Shown here: piece by piece, positions 25,796-37,924 of the stretch
How the letters are laid out: each line of letters starts with the position of its first letter
How positions within the stretch are numbered: the first letter of the stretch is position 1
NCBI GenBank assembly: GCA_951406725.2
Contig: OX597814.1
Span: forward strand, 201,562,001-201,626,000
Direction of reading: 5' to 3'
DNA length: 64,000 nt
DNA from: Octopus vulgaris
Taxonomy: Eukaryota
The notes under the pieces: generated by a model
Told to the model about the DNA's origin: nothing
Seen by the model: only the letters and a program-made list of their open reading frames with translations
The model's database searches: none
Position numbers and translations under genes: made by a program

Positions 25796-26136
25796 CTGAG
25801 AGTCAAAACTATTGAAAAGGTTGCAAAACAAAACGAAAATTTTAGAAAATAAAAAAAGTGGAAATTTTACCAGTAAAACACCAAAAGAGAATGACTTTCC
25901 CCAGACACAAAAGTACATTATTTAGATTTGACGGATATTTGTCCTCATCTTGTTTGTTGTTAAACACAATATTTCGGCTGATATACCTGCCAGCCTTGAT
26001 CAGGTGTATTGGGGGAATTTTGAACCTGGGTTCTCATTCCTGATGAAGGTTGGAGGGTATATCAGCAGAAATGTTGCGTTTACAACAAACAAGATGAGGA
26101 CAAATATCCATCAAATGTAAATAATGTAAATAATGT
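25796..26136. mobile_element. Composite of hammerhead-bearing repeats: TTGAAAA family (+) followed by an inverted pair of the CTGATGAAGGCTG family
   Basis: Motifs at 25809-25845(+), 25963-26008(-) and 26040-26080(+). Flanked by a 40-bp direct repeat (25756-25795 and 26137-26176). Confidence 0.7.
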
Positions 26137-26717
26137 ACTGCTTGTTGTTGTTATTAACACTCCAGGAGGCATTCAATGATAGGTATTAGCAATTCATGAG
26201 GCATTCAACAAAAGGCAGTTGTTCACAATAAGCTATTCAATAATAGTTGTCAAAAAAATAGGCCCCTGGTGAAGGCATTTGGCTTACACATAAGGGTGTT
26301 CACCTCACAAAAGTAAGGTTGTGAGTTCAATTACTAGTATCACGTTGTGTCCTTGAGCAAGGAATTTCATTTCATGTTTCTCTTGTCCACTCACCTGGCA
26401 GAAAATGAATAGTACCAGTAATTCAAAGGGTCATCTGTATCACACTCTGTGTCATGCTGAATATCCTTGAGAACCACATTAAGTGTAAGTGTGCCTGTGG
26501 AGTGCTTGGCCACTTGCACATTAATTTTGTGAGCTGGCTGTTCACTGCATCGACTGGAGTCCTCATCCTCGTAACCAGTGGGGTGACAGTAGTAAATAGT
26601 AGCCAGTGAGGTACCACCTATTCAATAATATGTATTTGGTCAACAATCTATTACATTAAAAAATTATTACTATTTGTAATTGTCACAGTGAGAGATGTTC
26701 AGCAACAGTACTTTGGA

Positions 26718-27242
26718 GTAAAGATTGCTTGCCAACATAACATGGCAGGCCTGGTTTAGGATGAATGTTGCTGTAATTTAGCCCCAGGAGACATCATCTC
26801 CAGCTGGCTAAACAATATTTTTGAAGATGGGAATCTAACACCCCCACTCGGCTCAAAACAATATCTGTGTATCAAGATTTCTGAGTTATTTCTCTTCATC
26901 AGCACAGAATAATTGCTCAGCTAGAGATGGCACTGCCAAATTCCCATTCAAAATATATAGTTTTCAAAGTGACAACTAGTTACTAATCTATAAATTAAAA
27001 AGTTACTATTTTTAAATCTAGCCGAACAATTATTCTGAGCTGATGAAGAGAAGTAACCCAGAAATCACGATACACAGATATTGTTTTGTGCTGAGTGGGG
27101 GTGCTAGATTCCCTTGTTCGAAAATATAAGGACACAGATTATGTCATATAACCAGCTAGAGACGATGTCGCCTGGGGCTAAATTACAGCAACATTCATCC
27201 TAAACCAGGACTGCCATGTTATGTTGGCAAACAATCTTTACT
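26718..27242. mobile_element. Fold-back element with about 205-bp inverted arms, each carrying a minimal hammerhead
   Basis: Arms at about 26718-26924 and 27017-27242. TCTGTG-CTGATGA-aGAG..CTCa-GAAAT-NNNN-ATA-CACAGA at 26864-26908(-) and a decayed version at 27034-27078(+). Confidence 0.8.
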
Positions 27243-28059
27243 ACAATAATTCATGAATCATTCAAATAAAATGTGTAGTATTCTGCAATGGATATAGCAT
27301 GCAACAATACTTTTAGCATCTCTGCAATTCGTAAAGCATTCAACAACACTTCTTTTTAGTAGTTCACAAGTCATAAAGCATTCAACAATAAGTGTATTAA
27401 CCAACAATCCTTTAGATATTCAACAATAACTTTTGGCAGTCAACATTTGGAGAATCATTCAATGTTATATGTAGTTGTTCACAATTCATAAGACCTTCAG
27501 TAATATGTGTATTAGCTATCAATCCATTTGGTATTCAGCAATAACTTTCAGCTATCCGCAATTCATGAAGCCTTCTAAATCTGTGAATTAGACAAGGATC
27601 AATTAGGTATTCTATAAAGTGTAGTAGTTCAACAATTGAGGAAGCTGTTAAGAATATTATCAGTAGTTCATAATCATAAATCACTCTGAAAAACTTGTAT
27701 GTATTGGCTATTCTACAATGTATGCAATAATCATGAAACTGAGAGACATTCAATGGTTATTCTAGCAGCGAACAATCATTGAAATATTTAATGAAACTTG
27801 CAGCATTGAAACATTTTATGTACATAGACCTATGAACAGGGATTGCAGAGGGTATGAGTGCACCCCCTAAAATTTTTGGCAGGCAGTGAAAATGCTTTGG
27901 ACATTCTCCTGAGAAGCTTCATCACCAAAACAAACAAACATAAAAACATTTTTGGACTGATTTGAAAGATTTTTTTTTTTTTCCATTATTGGAATTATCC
28001 TATTTGATTGATGTACAAATATAATCATGATGATGATGATTATCATCATCATCGTCGTC

Positions 28060-28560
28060 GTCGTCGTCATGTAATGTCCACTTTCCATGCTGGCATGGGT
28101 TGGACAGTTTGACAGAGGGCTGGCAAGCCAGAAGACTGTACCAGGCTCCAATCTGGACTGGTAAGGTTTCTACAGTTGGATACTCTCCCTAAAGCCAACC
28201 ACTCTGAGATTGTAGTGGCTGCTTTTTACACAACACTGGCATGGGACCAGTCAGGTGGCACTGGCATCAGTCATGACAATGACTTCACTTGCCTCAACAG
28301 GTCTTCACAAGCACAGGTTATTGCCCAATGATTGAAGGGTTACGGTCTCCCTTGGCTTGCTGGGTCTTCTCAATCACAGCATAACTACAAAGGTCTCGAT
28401 CACTTGTCATTGGCTCCATGAGACCCAACATTCAAAGGTTGTGTTTCACCACCTCATCCCAGGTCATCCTGGGTCTACCTGCTATGGTGTGACACTTTTT
28501 CCCACAGCTGTCTTCACCCATTTGCAACACATGACCATACCAGCACATTTGTCTCTCTAA
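28060..28560 (-). mobile_element. RTE LINE 3' end continuous with repeat D
   Basis: Minus strand GRPRMTWDEVVKH..SDRD motif runs into the repeat D sequence. Confidence 0.75.
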
Positions 28561-28564
28561 TAGT

Positions 28565-28752
28565 ACATTATTTACATTATTTACCTTTGACAGATATTTT
28601 TTTTTCTAGTTTCAGCTCAGAGCTGCAGCCATGCTGATGCTCATCTTGTTTGTTGTTAATGCAACATTTTGGCTGATATAACCTCCAGCCTTCATCAGGT
28701 GTCTTGGGGAAATTTTGAACCTGGGTTCTCATTCCTAGGGTATTTTCCGATG
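28565..28752 (-). mobile_element. Hammerhead-bearing repeat (CTGATGAAGGCTG family), decayed
   Basis: GACAC-CTGATGA-aGGCTG..CAGCC-AAAA-TGTT (GAAA mutated); homologous to 25920-26040. Confidence 0.7.
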
Positions 28753-28789
28753 TTGTTGTTGTTGTTGTTATTATTATTATTATTATTAT

Positions 28790-29232
28790 GTTTCTTCCTT
28801 CTTTCTTCAAATTTTCTTCCATTTCTAGCCGAGTGTTTTCCATACACCTAGGGCAGAGAAGGGCATTGTATGCATTCCCAGATTACACACGCAAATTCAC
28901 AGATAAAATATGTATTTAAAAATTAATAAATAAATAAATTCATGGATGGATGTTATTTTCACAGCGATAGTGCTCTTCTCAGTACATGAGCCATTCCAGT
29001 TAATACGATTTTTTGCACTTCCTGTAGGGATGGTAAGCCTGGAATCATTTTCAAATAGGTTTCAGTGCCTTTTTTTATCATTCCTAGAGATCCTACAATC
29101 ACTGGTACTGTAGTCGCCTTGAGATGCCACATTTTTTCAATTTCCATTAGCAGGTCTTTATATTTACTAATCTTGTCAAATTCTTTCGCCGCTATATTGT
29201 GATCACAGGGAATACTCATGTCAATTAATAAA
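28790..29232 (-). mobile_element. R4/Dong third family 3' fragment inserted in (TAA)n
   Basis: IDMSIPCD..KEFDKISKYKDL..VPVIVGSLG..QKIVLTGMAHVLRRAL. Confidence 0.9.
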
Positions 29233-29272
<40 letters not shown>

Positions 29273-29273
29273 T

Positions 29274-29307
<34 letters not shown>

Positions 29308-29816
29308 CATTATTATTATTATTATTATTCAGGTCACTGCCTGAATTTCCATCAAATGTAAATAATGTAAATATCTCTTAAATATAGAACTGTATTATCT
29401 AAACAATAACTCACCAATGAACACATAATGTCCTCTCTTTCCCGTTTAACTGTTACTCTCTAAATTTGCTTTTAGTATGTACCAGGTACTCCACCCCTGA
29501 TTTGGTGTTGTGGTGGATCCCTTGCTGAATTTCCTCTGGAGGTGAATGGAGAAAGAAAACTATATCCCTACTGCTGGTGCTATGAAAAATACATTCACTA
29601 AGCACTTGTGGTTGGCAAAAGGAAGGACATCCAGTCATAGAAGCAAAGCTGAAAAACATGTAAAAACGCCATTCTCTGGGAGCAGTGACACCCAATGAGA
29701 CATAGCTCGGACCCTGATGGCCCACCCAAACCATTTGCATATGGAAAGTTGACATATGGAGATGATGAAAGTGATTCCCTGATCCTTTAAAGTGTAACAT
29801 ACTCAATACACTAGAG

Positions 29817-30561
29817 CAGGGCTGACCAACCTGAGGCCCACGGGCCTGCAGAGTTTTATCTTATGGCCCGGTTGGTACTTTCTTGAAATGGGTTTATTTA
29901 AACAAACATTTAAAAAATTACATCAAAAATTAAAGATTGTAATGAAAAGTAAAAAAGAAAGATACTATAGGCGCAGGAGTGGCTGTGTGGTAAGTAGCTT
30001 GTTTACCAACCACATGGTTCCGGGTTCAGTCCCACTGCGTGGCACCTTGGGCAAGTGTCTTCTACTATAGCCTCGGGCCAATCAAAGCCTTGTGAGTGGA
30101 TTTGGTAGACGGAAACTGAAAGAAGCCTGTCGTATATATGTATACGTATCTATATATATATATGTGTATGTGTTTGTGTCTGTCTTTCCGCCCCCCCAAC
30201 ATCGCTTGACAACCGATGCTGGTGTGTTTACGTCCCCATCACTTAGCAGTTCGGCAAAAGAGACCGATAGAATAAGTACTGGGCTTACAAAGAATAAGTC
30301 CCGGGGTCGATTTGCTCGACTAAAGGTGGTGCTCCAGCATGGCCGCAGTCAAATGACTGAAACATGTGAAAGAGTAAAAGAGTAAAGAGTACTGTTTTTG
30401 CAATGATAATATTTCATGCTTAATTAACGATCATTCATTCATTATTGTAATAATAGTATGAGAAAGCAAAATGCTTTCAATCCTGTCAGTATACAAGCAG
30501 TCTTTAAAAAACTTACTGTGATTAAAGTGGCCCGCAATGTAATTTGAGTTGGCCAGGCCGG
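29817..30561. mobile_element. hAT-type MITE with nested SINE-A (29970-30390)
   Basis: Imperfect TIRs CAGGGCTGACCAAC and GTTGGCCAGGCCGG; 8-bp TSD CACTAGAG/CACTAGAC. Confidence 0.8.
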
Positions 30562-31904
30562 CACTAGACCCTTCACTTCTTAACTGTAATATGTTTCACT
30601 TCATGAAAGTGGGAGGCTGGTAGAATCATTACAGTGCCAGAGAAAAAGCTTGGCGGCATTACTTCTGAAGGCGGTGGGCTGGCAGAAACATTAGCACGCT
30701 GTGCAAAATGCATAGCCGTATTTCGTCTGCCATTACGTTCTGAGTTCAAATTCTGCCAAGGTCGACTTTACCTTTCATCCTTTCGGGGTCGATTAAATAA
30801 GTACCAGTTATGCACTGGGGTCGATATAATCGACTTAATCCGTTTGTCTGTCCTTGTTTGTCCTCTCTGTGTTTAGCCCCTTGTGGGTAGTAAAGAAATA
30901 GGCATTACTTCTGGCTTTATGTTCTGTAATAAAAGGCTACCAGGGTCAACTTTGCCTTTCATCCTTTCAGAATCGATAAAATAAAGTACCAGCTGAACAT
31001 CGGAGATGATGTAATTGATTAGTCCTCCCATCCACCCACCCACCCACAAAATCACTGGCCTTGTACCAAAACTTGAAACCAATATGTTTCATATTGGTCT
31101 AAATATTCTAATGGAACTCTTTCTCAATATTTCCCCCACTGAACTTTACTCGGAATTTCCATTTCGGTCGCGTTCACTTGACATTACAAAAGAAGAGCCG
31201 ATACTTTGCACAAGAGACAACAAATACATCTGTCAATAACTCCATTGTTGAATCATCAACTATTGACAGCTCTTCTATTAGTCAATTTTACAAACACTTA
31301 ACAAACCAGTTCTTGTTATTAGTCACTATACTTAGTGGTTATTACTTTTTGTCATTGTCGACAATCTTTTTATCAAGCAGAGACAACAGAGATTCATTGA
31401 ATCAATGAACACTAATGTAAGCTACCATCTTCCAGAAGTGGATAATATTTTTAACGATCGACAATATTTCTCGTTACCAAAAATTAATAATCTCATGTGA
31501 CATCATTTTAATCTCTCATCAGTGTAGTGAATTTCTTGATTTGTTCATCACAAAAATATGGTGCATGAAGTTAATCTAAAGTCAAAAATGTCAAAACTGA
31601 TTCGAAAATATTTCTTTAGAATTAGAAAGCTAAAATTAGTTTGGTCACTGGAGAATTAAGATTTCTATATGGATGAAAATCTTTAGCTCAACCGTTTCTT
31701 ATTCAGTAATCTGTGAGATTAATAGAATAATTCTCTCTCCAAAGAAAATATAGGTCAATATGTTCCAAGGATAAATGGTATATAGGAGATTTACCTTAAC
31801 AAAAATGGAAACTGTTATCTCAAAAATATAGAAATTGAATTCCTGATGCTATTTCTCCATGCATTAAGCAGACAATCAGAGAAACTCTACAGAATCAGTT
31901 GACT

Positions 31905-32132
31905 CTCTCTCTTACACTTTTACTTGTTTCAGTCATTTTGACTGTGGCCATGCTGGAGCACCACCTTTAGTTGAGCAAATCGACCACCAGGACTTATTCT
32001 TTGTAAGCCTAGAACTAATTCTATTGGTCCCTTTTGCCGAGCCGCTAAGTTATGGGGACGTAAACACACTAGCATCGGTTGTCAAGCGATGCTGGTGCGA
32101 CACACCCACACAAACATATACACACACACGCA

Positions 32133-32185
<53 letters not shown>

Positions 32186-32186
32186 A

Positions 32187-32221
<35 letters not shown>

Positions 32222-33160
32222 AAAGGCTTCTAAATAAGGAAGAGTAGTGCTAGAAACACAAAAAGAGATAAATTCATGAAAGGAATGAAAATAAAATTTT
32301 TAATTTTTCATTCCTTTCATGAATTTATCCCTTTTTGTGTTTCTAGCACTACGCTTCCTTATTTGGAAGCCTTTTATTATATTTCTTATACGAAAAATAT
32401 ATAGTCTAATGACTAACTCGTCTTTTGTGCTAGGCCACTGGTAATAATAATTTATTTTATTACCCTATTTGATTATGTTTATTAGTTGTGATACCTGTGC
32501 CGGTGACACATAAAAAGCACCATCCGAACGTAGCTGTTGCCAGTGCAGCCTCCACTGGCTTCTGTGCCAGTGGCACATAAAAAGCACCATCCGAACGTGA
32601 CCGATGCCAACCCCGCCTCGAATGGCACATGAACATCGAACCAAATATCAATGGAAACAGTAGTTGTGATACCTGTGCCGGTGACACATAAAAAGCACCA
32701 TCTGAACATGGCCGATGCCAGTACCGCCTTGACTGGCTTCTGTGCCGGTGGCACGTAAAAAAGCACCAACCGATCGTGGCCGATACCAGGCCCTTCTGGC
32801 ACCTGTGCAGGTGGCATGTAAAAAGCACCCACTACACTCGCAGAGTGGTTGGTGTTAGGAAGGGCATCCAGCTGTAGAAACACTGCCAGATCAGACTGGA
32901 GCCTGGGGCAGCCCCTGGCTCCCCAGACCCCGGTCGAACCGTCCAACCCGTGCTAGCGCGGAAAACGGGCGTTAAACGATGATGATGATATATACATGAT
33001 GGGCTTCTTTCAGTTTCAGTCTATCAAATCCACTCACAAGGCTTTGGTCGGCCCGCGGCTATAGTAGAAGACACTTGCACAAGGTGCTATGCAGTGGGAT
33101 TGAACCCGGAACTATGTGGTTGGTAAGCAAGCTACTTACCACACAGCCACTCCTGTACCT
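31905..33160 (-). mobile_element. SINE-A split at its internal microsatellite by a palindromic insert and repeat D
   Basis: Tail at 31905-32110, head at 32995-33160, inserts in between. Confidence 0.8.
32214..32382. repeat. Near-perfect inverted repeat, about 78-bp arms
   Basis: ATAATAAAAGGCTTC..GGAATGAAAA pairs with TTTTCATTCC..GAAGCCTTTTATTAT; 3 mismatches. Confidence 0.9.
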
Positions 33161-33887
33161 GACTGGCTAAAAACTGTTTTCCTTCAGGAGAACACATTCG
33201 ATAGTGTATATCCTAGATGCACAATGCCTGAAGAAGTTAATGGAGAATCAAGACTGGAATATCTTTGGTCATCAGATTGATCATAAGTATGATCATAGGA
33301 ATGGTCATAAGTAGGACAGAGGACTAAAAAATGATAACAATAACCAGGGTAGGAACAAGCAAAGTAAAAATGTAAATATATCTTTATCATCTTCTTGTTT
33401 CAGTCACCAGATTACAGCCATGCTGGAGCACTGCTGTGAAGGGGTTTAGTTAAACAAAGAGACCCTAGTACTTAAACTTTTTCAAGTTCGGCACATATTC
33501 TATCAGTTGCTTATGCTGAACTGCTAAGTTACAGGCATTTAAACAAAACAACACCAGTTGTCAGTCAGTGAGGTGGGGTGTCAAACAGACACACACATTA
33601 TATATATATTTATATATATATATATATGACAAGCTTCCACTTAGTTTCCACCTACCAAATTCACTCACAAGGCTTTGGTCAAATTGGACCTACAGTAGAT
33701 GACATTTGCCCAAGGTACCATGCAGTGGAATGGAACCCAAAGCCACTTGGTTGCAAAGTCATATGTATATACATATATATTACTATAGAATAGCCATCAC
33801 AGTAAACTGTATATTAACATAGTCTATACATACATTGCTGTAGAATCTATCAAAACAGGAGTGGCTACTTCATATGCATATATATAT

Positions 33888-34088
33888 ATTTCGTTTTTGG
33901 ATTTGGTTTGCAAGATTCTTTATATGAGTTCGTGTGTTGAAGCATATTCTGTTGTATCTGGGGAGAGTCATTTTGTTTTTGTGTCTTATAATTTTTACAC
34001 ACTCACTGGTAAAATTTCCACTTATTTTAATTTTAATTTTCCTAAAGTTTTCGTTGCGTCTTGCAACCTTTTCAATAGTCTTGACTCT
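33888..34088 (-). mobile_element. Repeat with a U3-A8 variant hammerhead-like motif (34042-34078)
   Basis: CTA-TTGAAAA-g-GTTGC-aagac-GCAAC-GAAA-AC-TT-TAG on the minus strand. Confidence 0.6.
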
Positions 34089-34596
34089 GTCACACATGCA
34101 CACACACACATGCATAGATACATGTGCACACACATGCTCACACATGCACGCACACACACACACATGCACATATATGCACACACACATGCACATACACACA
34201 TGCACGCACAAACACACATACATGCACACACACATACACACACATGCATACTCACGCACACAATATTGTGTTGGACAGCAAAAAATTTACAGAAAAAGAG
34301 TCAAAACCAAAAAAATCCCTCATCAGTTACCCTTCCAAATATCTGTGTGTGTGTGTGTGTGTGCACGCACGCATGTGTGTGCACATGTGTGTGTGCGTGT
34401 GTGTGTGTCTTTGTGTCTGATGGCGTGTCTGCATTAGCAGTTCAGCAAAAGAGATTGATAGAATAAGTACCAGGCTTAGAAAATACGTATCTATCTGGAG
34501 TTGATTCATTCACCTAAAAATTCTTCAAGGCTGTGCCCCAGCATGGCCACAGTCTCACGACTGAAGAAAGTGAAGGATAAAAATCAAAGTCATATA

Positions 34597-35216
34597 CAGG
34601 AGTGGGTGTGTAGTAAGATGCTTGCTTCCCAACCACATGGTTCCAAGTTCAGTCCCACTGTATGGCACCTTGAGCAAGAGTCTTCTACTATATCCTTGGG
34701 CCGACCAAAGCCTTGTGAGTGATTTTAGTAGATGGAAACTGAAAGAAGCATGTCATATTTATATGTGTGTGTGTGTGTTTGTGTGTGTGCGCACGTGTGC
34801 GCACGTGTGCATGTGTGTGTGTGTGTGGTAAGTAGCTTGCTTTCCAGCCACATGGTACTGGGTTCAGTTCCATTGTGAGGCACCTTGGGCAAGTGTCTTC
34901 TGCTATATCCTCGGGCCAACTAAAGCTTTGTGAGTTGATTTGGTGGATGGAAACTGAAAGAAGCCCATCATGTATACGTGTGTATGTATATCTGTATATG
35001 TTTGTGTGTCTGTGTTTGTCCCCTCACCATCACTTGACAACCGATGTTGGTGTGTTTACATCCCCGTGACTTAGCAGTTCAGCAAAAGAGACCCGATAGA
35101 ATAAGTACTAGACTTACAAAGAATAAGGCCTGGGGTCAATTTGTTCACTAAAGGCGGTGCTCAAGCATGGCCACAGTCAAATGACTGAAACAAGTAAAAC
35201 AGTGAAAGAATAAAAG
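34597..35216 (+). mobile_element. SINE-A with duplicated head
   Basis: Two successive head regions (about 34597 and 34825) and one tail. Confidence 0.8.
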
Positions 35217-36406
35217 AAATTTAAAAGCTTATATAAATATTGCATGGTTGCTTTTTTGGTTGGTTGACTACTTCAGTCATTCTTGGTGTCATTTAGAAAT
35301 TAGTGGCGGGGAGAAGGGAGATAATGAGAATTAATTAAAAATGTGCAGGATGCATGCACATACTAGGCTTGATGGAAGGCAATGGGGAAATGACAGCAAA
35401 GCACAAACAATAAGAGAGAAATAATCATAGAATTAGAGGAAATGTAGGTGGGGGAGTGGGTTTTGGTGTGTGTGTGTATTTACACACACATACACACAGG
35501 TGTAGATGTGGCGGCCAGGCACTTAAGAAATTTACTTGCCAACCACATGCTTTTGGGTTCAGTCCCACTGCATGACACCTTGAGCAAGTGTCTGGGCTTA
35601 GTTAGACCAAAATCTTGTGAGTGGATTTAATAGGTGGAAACTGTGAGAAGTCTGTCATAGGACATATGCATGTATCTACATAAGTATGTCTGTATATATG
35701 AATGTGTGTTAGACTACTTGTTATCATCATCATCATCATCATCATCATCATCTAATGTCCATTGTCCATACTGGCATGGGTTGGACGGTTTGACCAGGGC
35801 TGGTAAACTGAGGGGCTGCGCCAGACTCTAGCCTGATTTGGCAAGGTTTCTACTGCTTGATGTCCTTCCTAACACCAACCACTCCGAGAGTGTAATGGGT
35901 GCTTTTCCATGCCACTGGCATGGGTGTCAGTTTGCATGACAGCGATATCTGCTGCAACTATTGTTTAACTTGGCTTGATGGGTCTTCTTCTCAAGTGTGT
36001 TGTTGTCTCCACGAAGCCCAACATACAGAAGGTGCTTTTTTCGTGTCACTATGATAGTTATAAAGGCCACCATGATAGTTATAAAGGCCACTATGATAGT
36101 TATAAATGATTGTCTTAGTTTTTTGTGTTAGTCTGCTACAGACTCAGCTAATATAACATCAGATGATTTTAAACAAAGAACTATCATTTTGTCCCTTTTT
36201 TTAAAGCCATAACTAAGACCTAAGTCTGTCATGTTCCCATGGACCCAAAAGGCCAATGTTTAACCTTGTTTCTAATATGACTAAGTGATTCAGATTACCA
36301 CATTCACTTTTAAACAGGGCCCCAGCCCTTTTCAGGGTCAACTTCCCAGCTATTACTGGAACACATTTACAGCTGGGCAGTGTTATTGGGTAACCTGAAA
36401 TAAAGT

Positions 36407-36737
36407 TTCGCTTTTGGATTTGGTTTGCATGATTCTTTATGTGAGTTCGTGTTTTGAAGCATATTCTGTTGTGTCTGGGGCGCGTCATTCTGTTTTGGTG
36501 CATTATAATTTAACACACACACCAGTAAAATTTCCACTTATTTCATTTTTATTTTTCAAAACTTTTCGTTGCATCTTGCAGCCTTTTGAATAGTTAGAGT
36601 CAAAGCTATTGAAAAGGTTGCAAGAAGCAATGGAAATTTTAGAAAAATTAAAAAGAAATAACTGTAAATTTTACCGGTGAGTGTGTTAAATTATAAGGCA
36701 CCAAAAGAGAATGACTTTCCCCAGACACAACAGAATA
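36407..36737. mobile_element. Head-to-head inverted insertion of the TTGAAAA hammerhead-like family with 11-bp TSD
   Basis: Arms at 36460-36595 and 36603-36739; TGAAATAAAGT at 36396-36406 and 36738-36748. Confidence 0.8.
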
Positions 36738-37924
36738 TGAAATAAAGTGTTTTTCTCAAAAAAAAAAAAAAAAAAAGCACCACCCAGTATGAAAATCGAA
36801 ACCATAATCCTATAATTGAGAGTGTGACACACCAACAACTTAGCCATGAATCTTCACTCTAAGCCGTGACCTAGAAAAAAAAAAAGACAGTTCAGTGGAA
36901 ACACAATAGAAAGTTGAAAAACGGGGAATAATATATCTGATGCCAGATAGAAAATGTCCTGAGAGAGTCTGTCCAGAAAGATAATAGGTTTATATTATGT
37001 TATTTTCAAATATTTAAGCCCATTATCATTCTGAAAGAAATTATAATTTCCATTTTAATGTTGTCATAATAAACGATAAAGTACATAGATATAACTACGA
37101 ACTATCTTACTTCTTACTTTCTCATCTCATTGTATTTTTGCTTCTTTGCTAAATGTAATAAAGGGTAACTGGACTGAATCAGTTCTTGACTTTTAAATAT
37201 AGAGAATATATATAAATATACATTGCGCATAATAATGTTCTATCAATATTAAAAAATTATATTTTTAAATATGTTTTCGTTTTCATGATTGTTTATTTGT
37301 TTATGACATTATCAAATCAAATATTTTCGGTTTTTTTTTTTTTTTCATGTAAAAAAAGAAAAAATGTTTTAAACCCTCCTTGAAAAATTGCCGTGAAAAA
37401 TGGAAAATAAATTCATATAGAAAGAAAAATTATTCATATCTAAGAGAAGACACAGATAGTAAGATAAAGAAGTAATTTATAAACGATAGCTGGCTAAATT
37501 ACAACAAATAGAATTTTTTTGAATTTTTGATAGATCGAACAGGAGAGAACGATGATAGGAAAGGATGCAGAGTGACAGATCATAACTGAATAACAATAGT
37601 CTGTGTCAGTCTTCATATAATGGAAGCAGAGAGTAAACAATAGATAGCCAATACCTAAAAAAGTAATCTTTGCCAAAAGAGATCTACATGAACAATAATA
37701 AAAGATATAAGACAAAACAAAACAAAAGAAAGGAAAGACAAACATTAACAAGTAGATAAATAGGAACTTACAAGTATGTATTAGAAGAGAATTTTGTGAA
37801 GATATGAATAAATTGCAGAGATATGAATAAATGAAAGATAGAACATAGGAATTTCACCTACATCTATCTAATTTCTTGTACTAAGTTCATGCGCAGGCAT
37901 AAATATATCAGAACCACTTATTAT

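Larger units (their letters stand above)
25660..27800. repeat. Old degenerate minisatellite (about 35-bp period) hosting several insertions
   Basis: Recurrent CAATTCATRAAGCATTCAACAATA-like motif. Confidence 0.55.
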
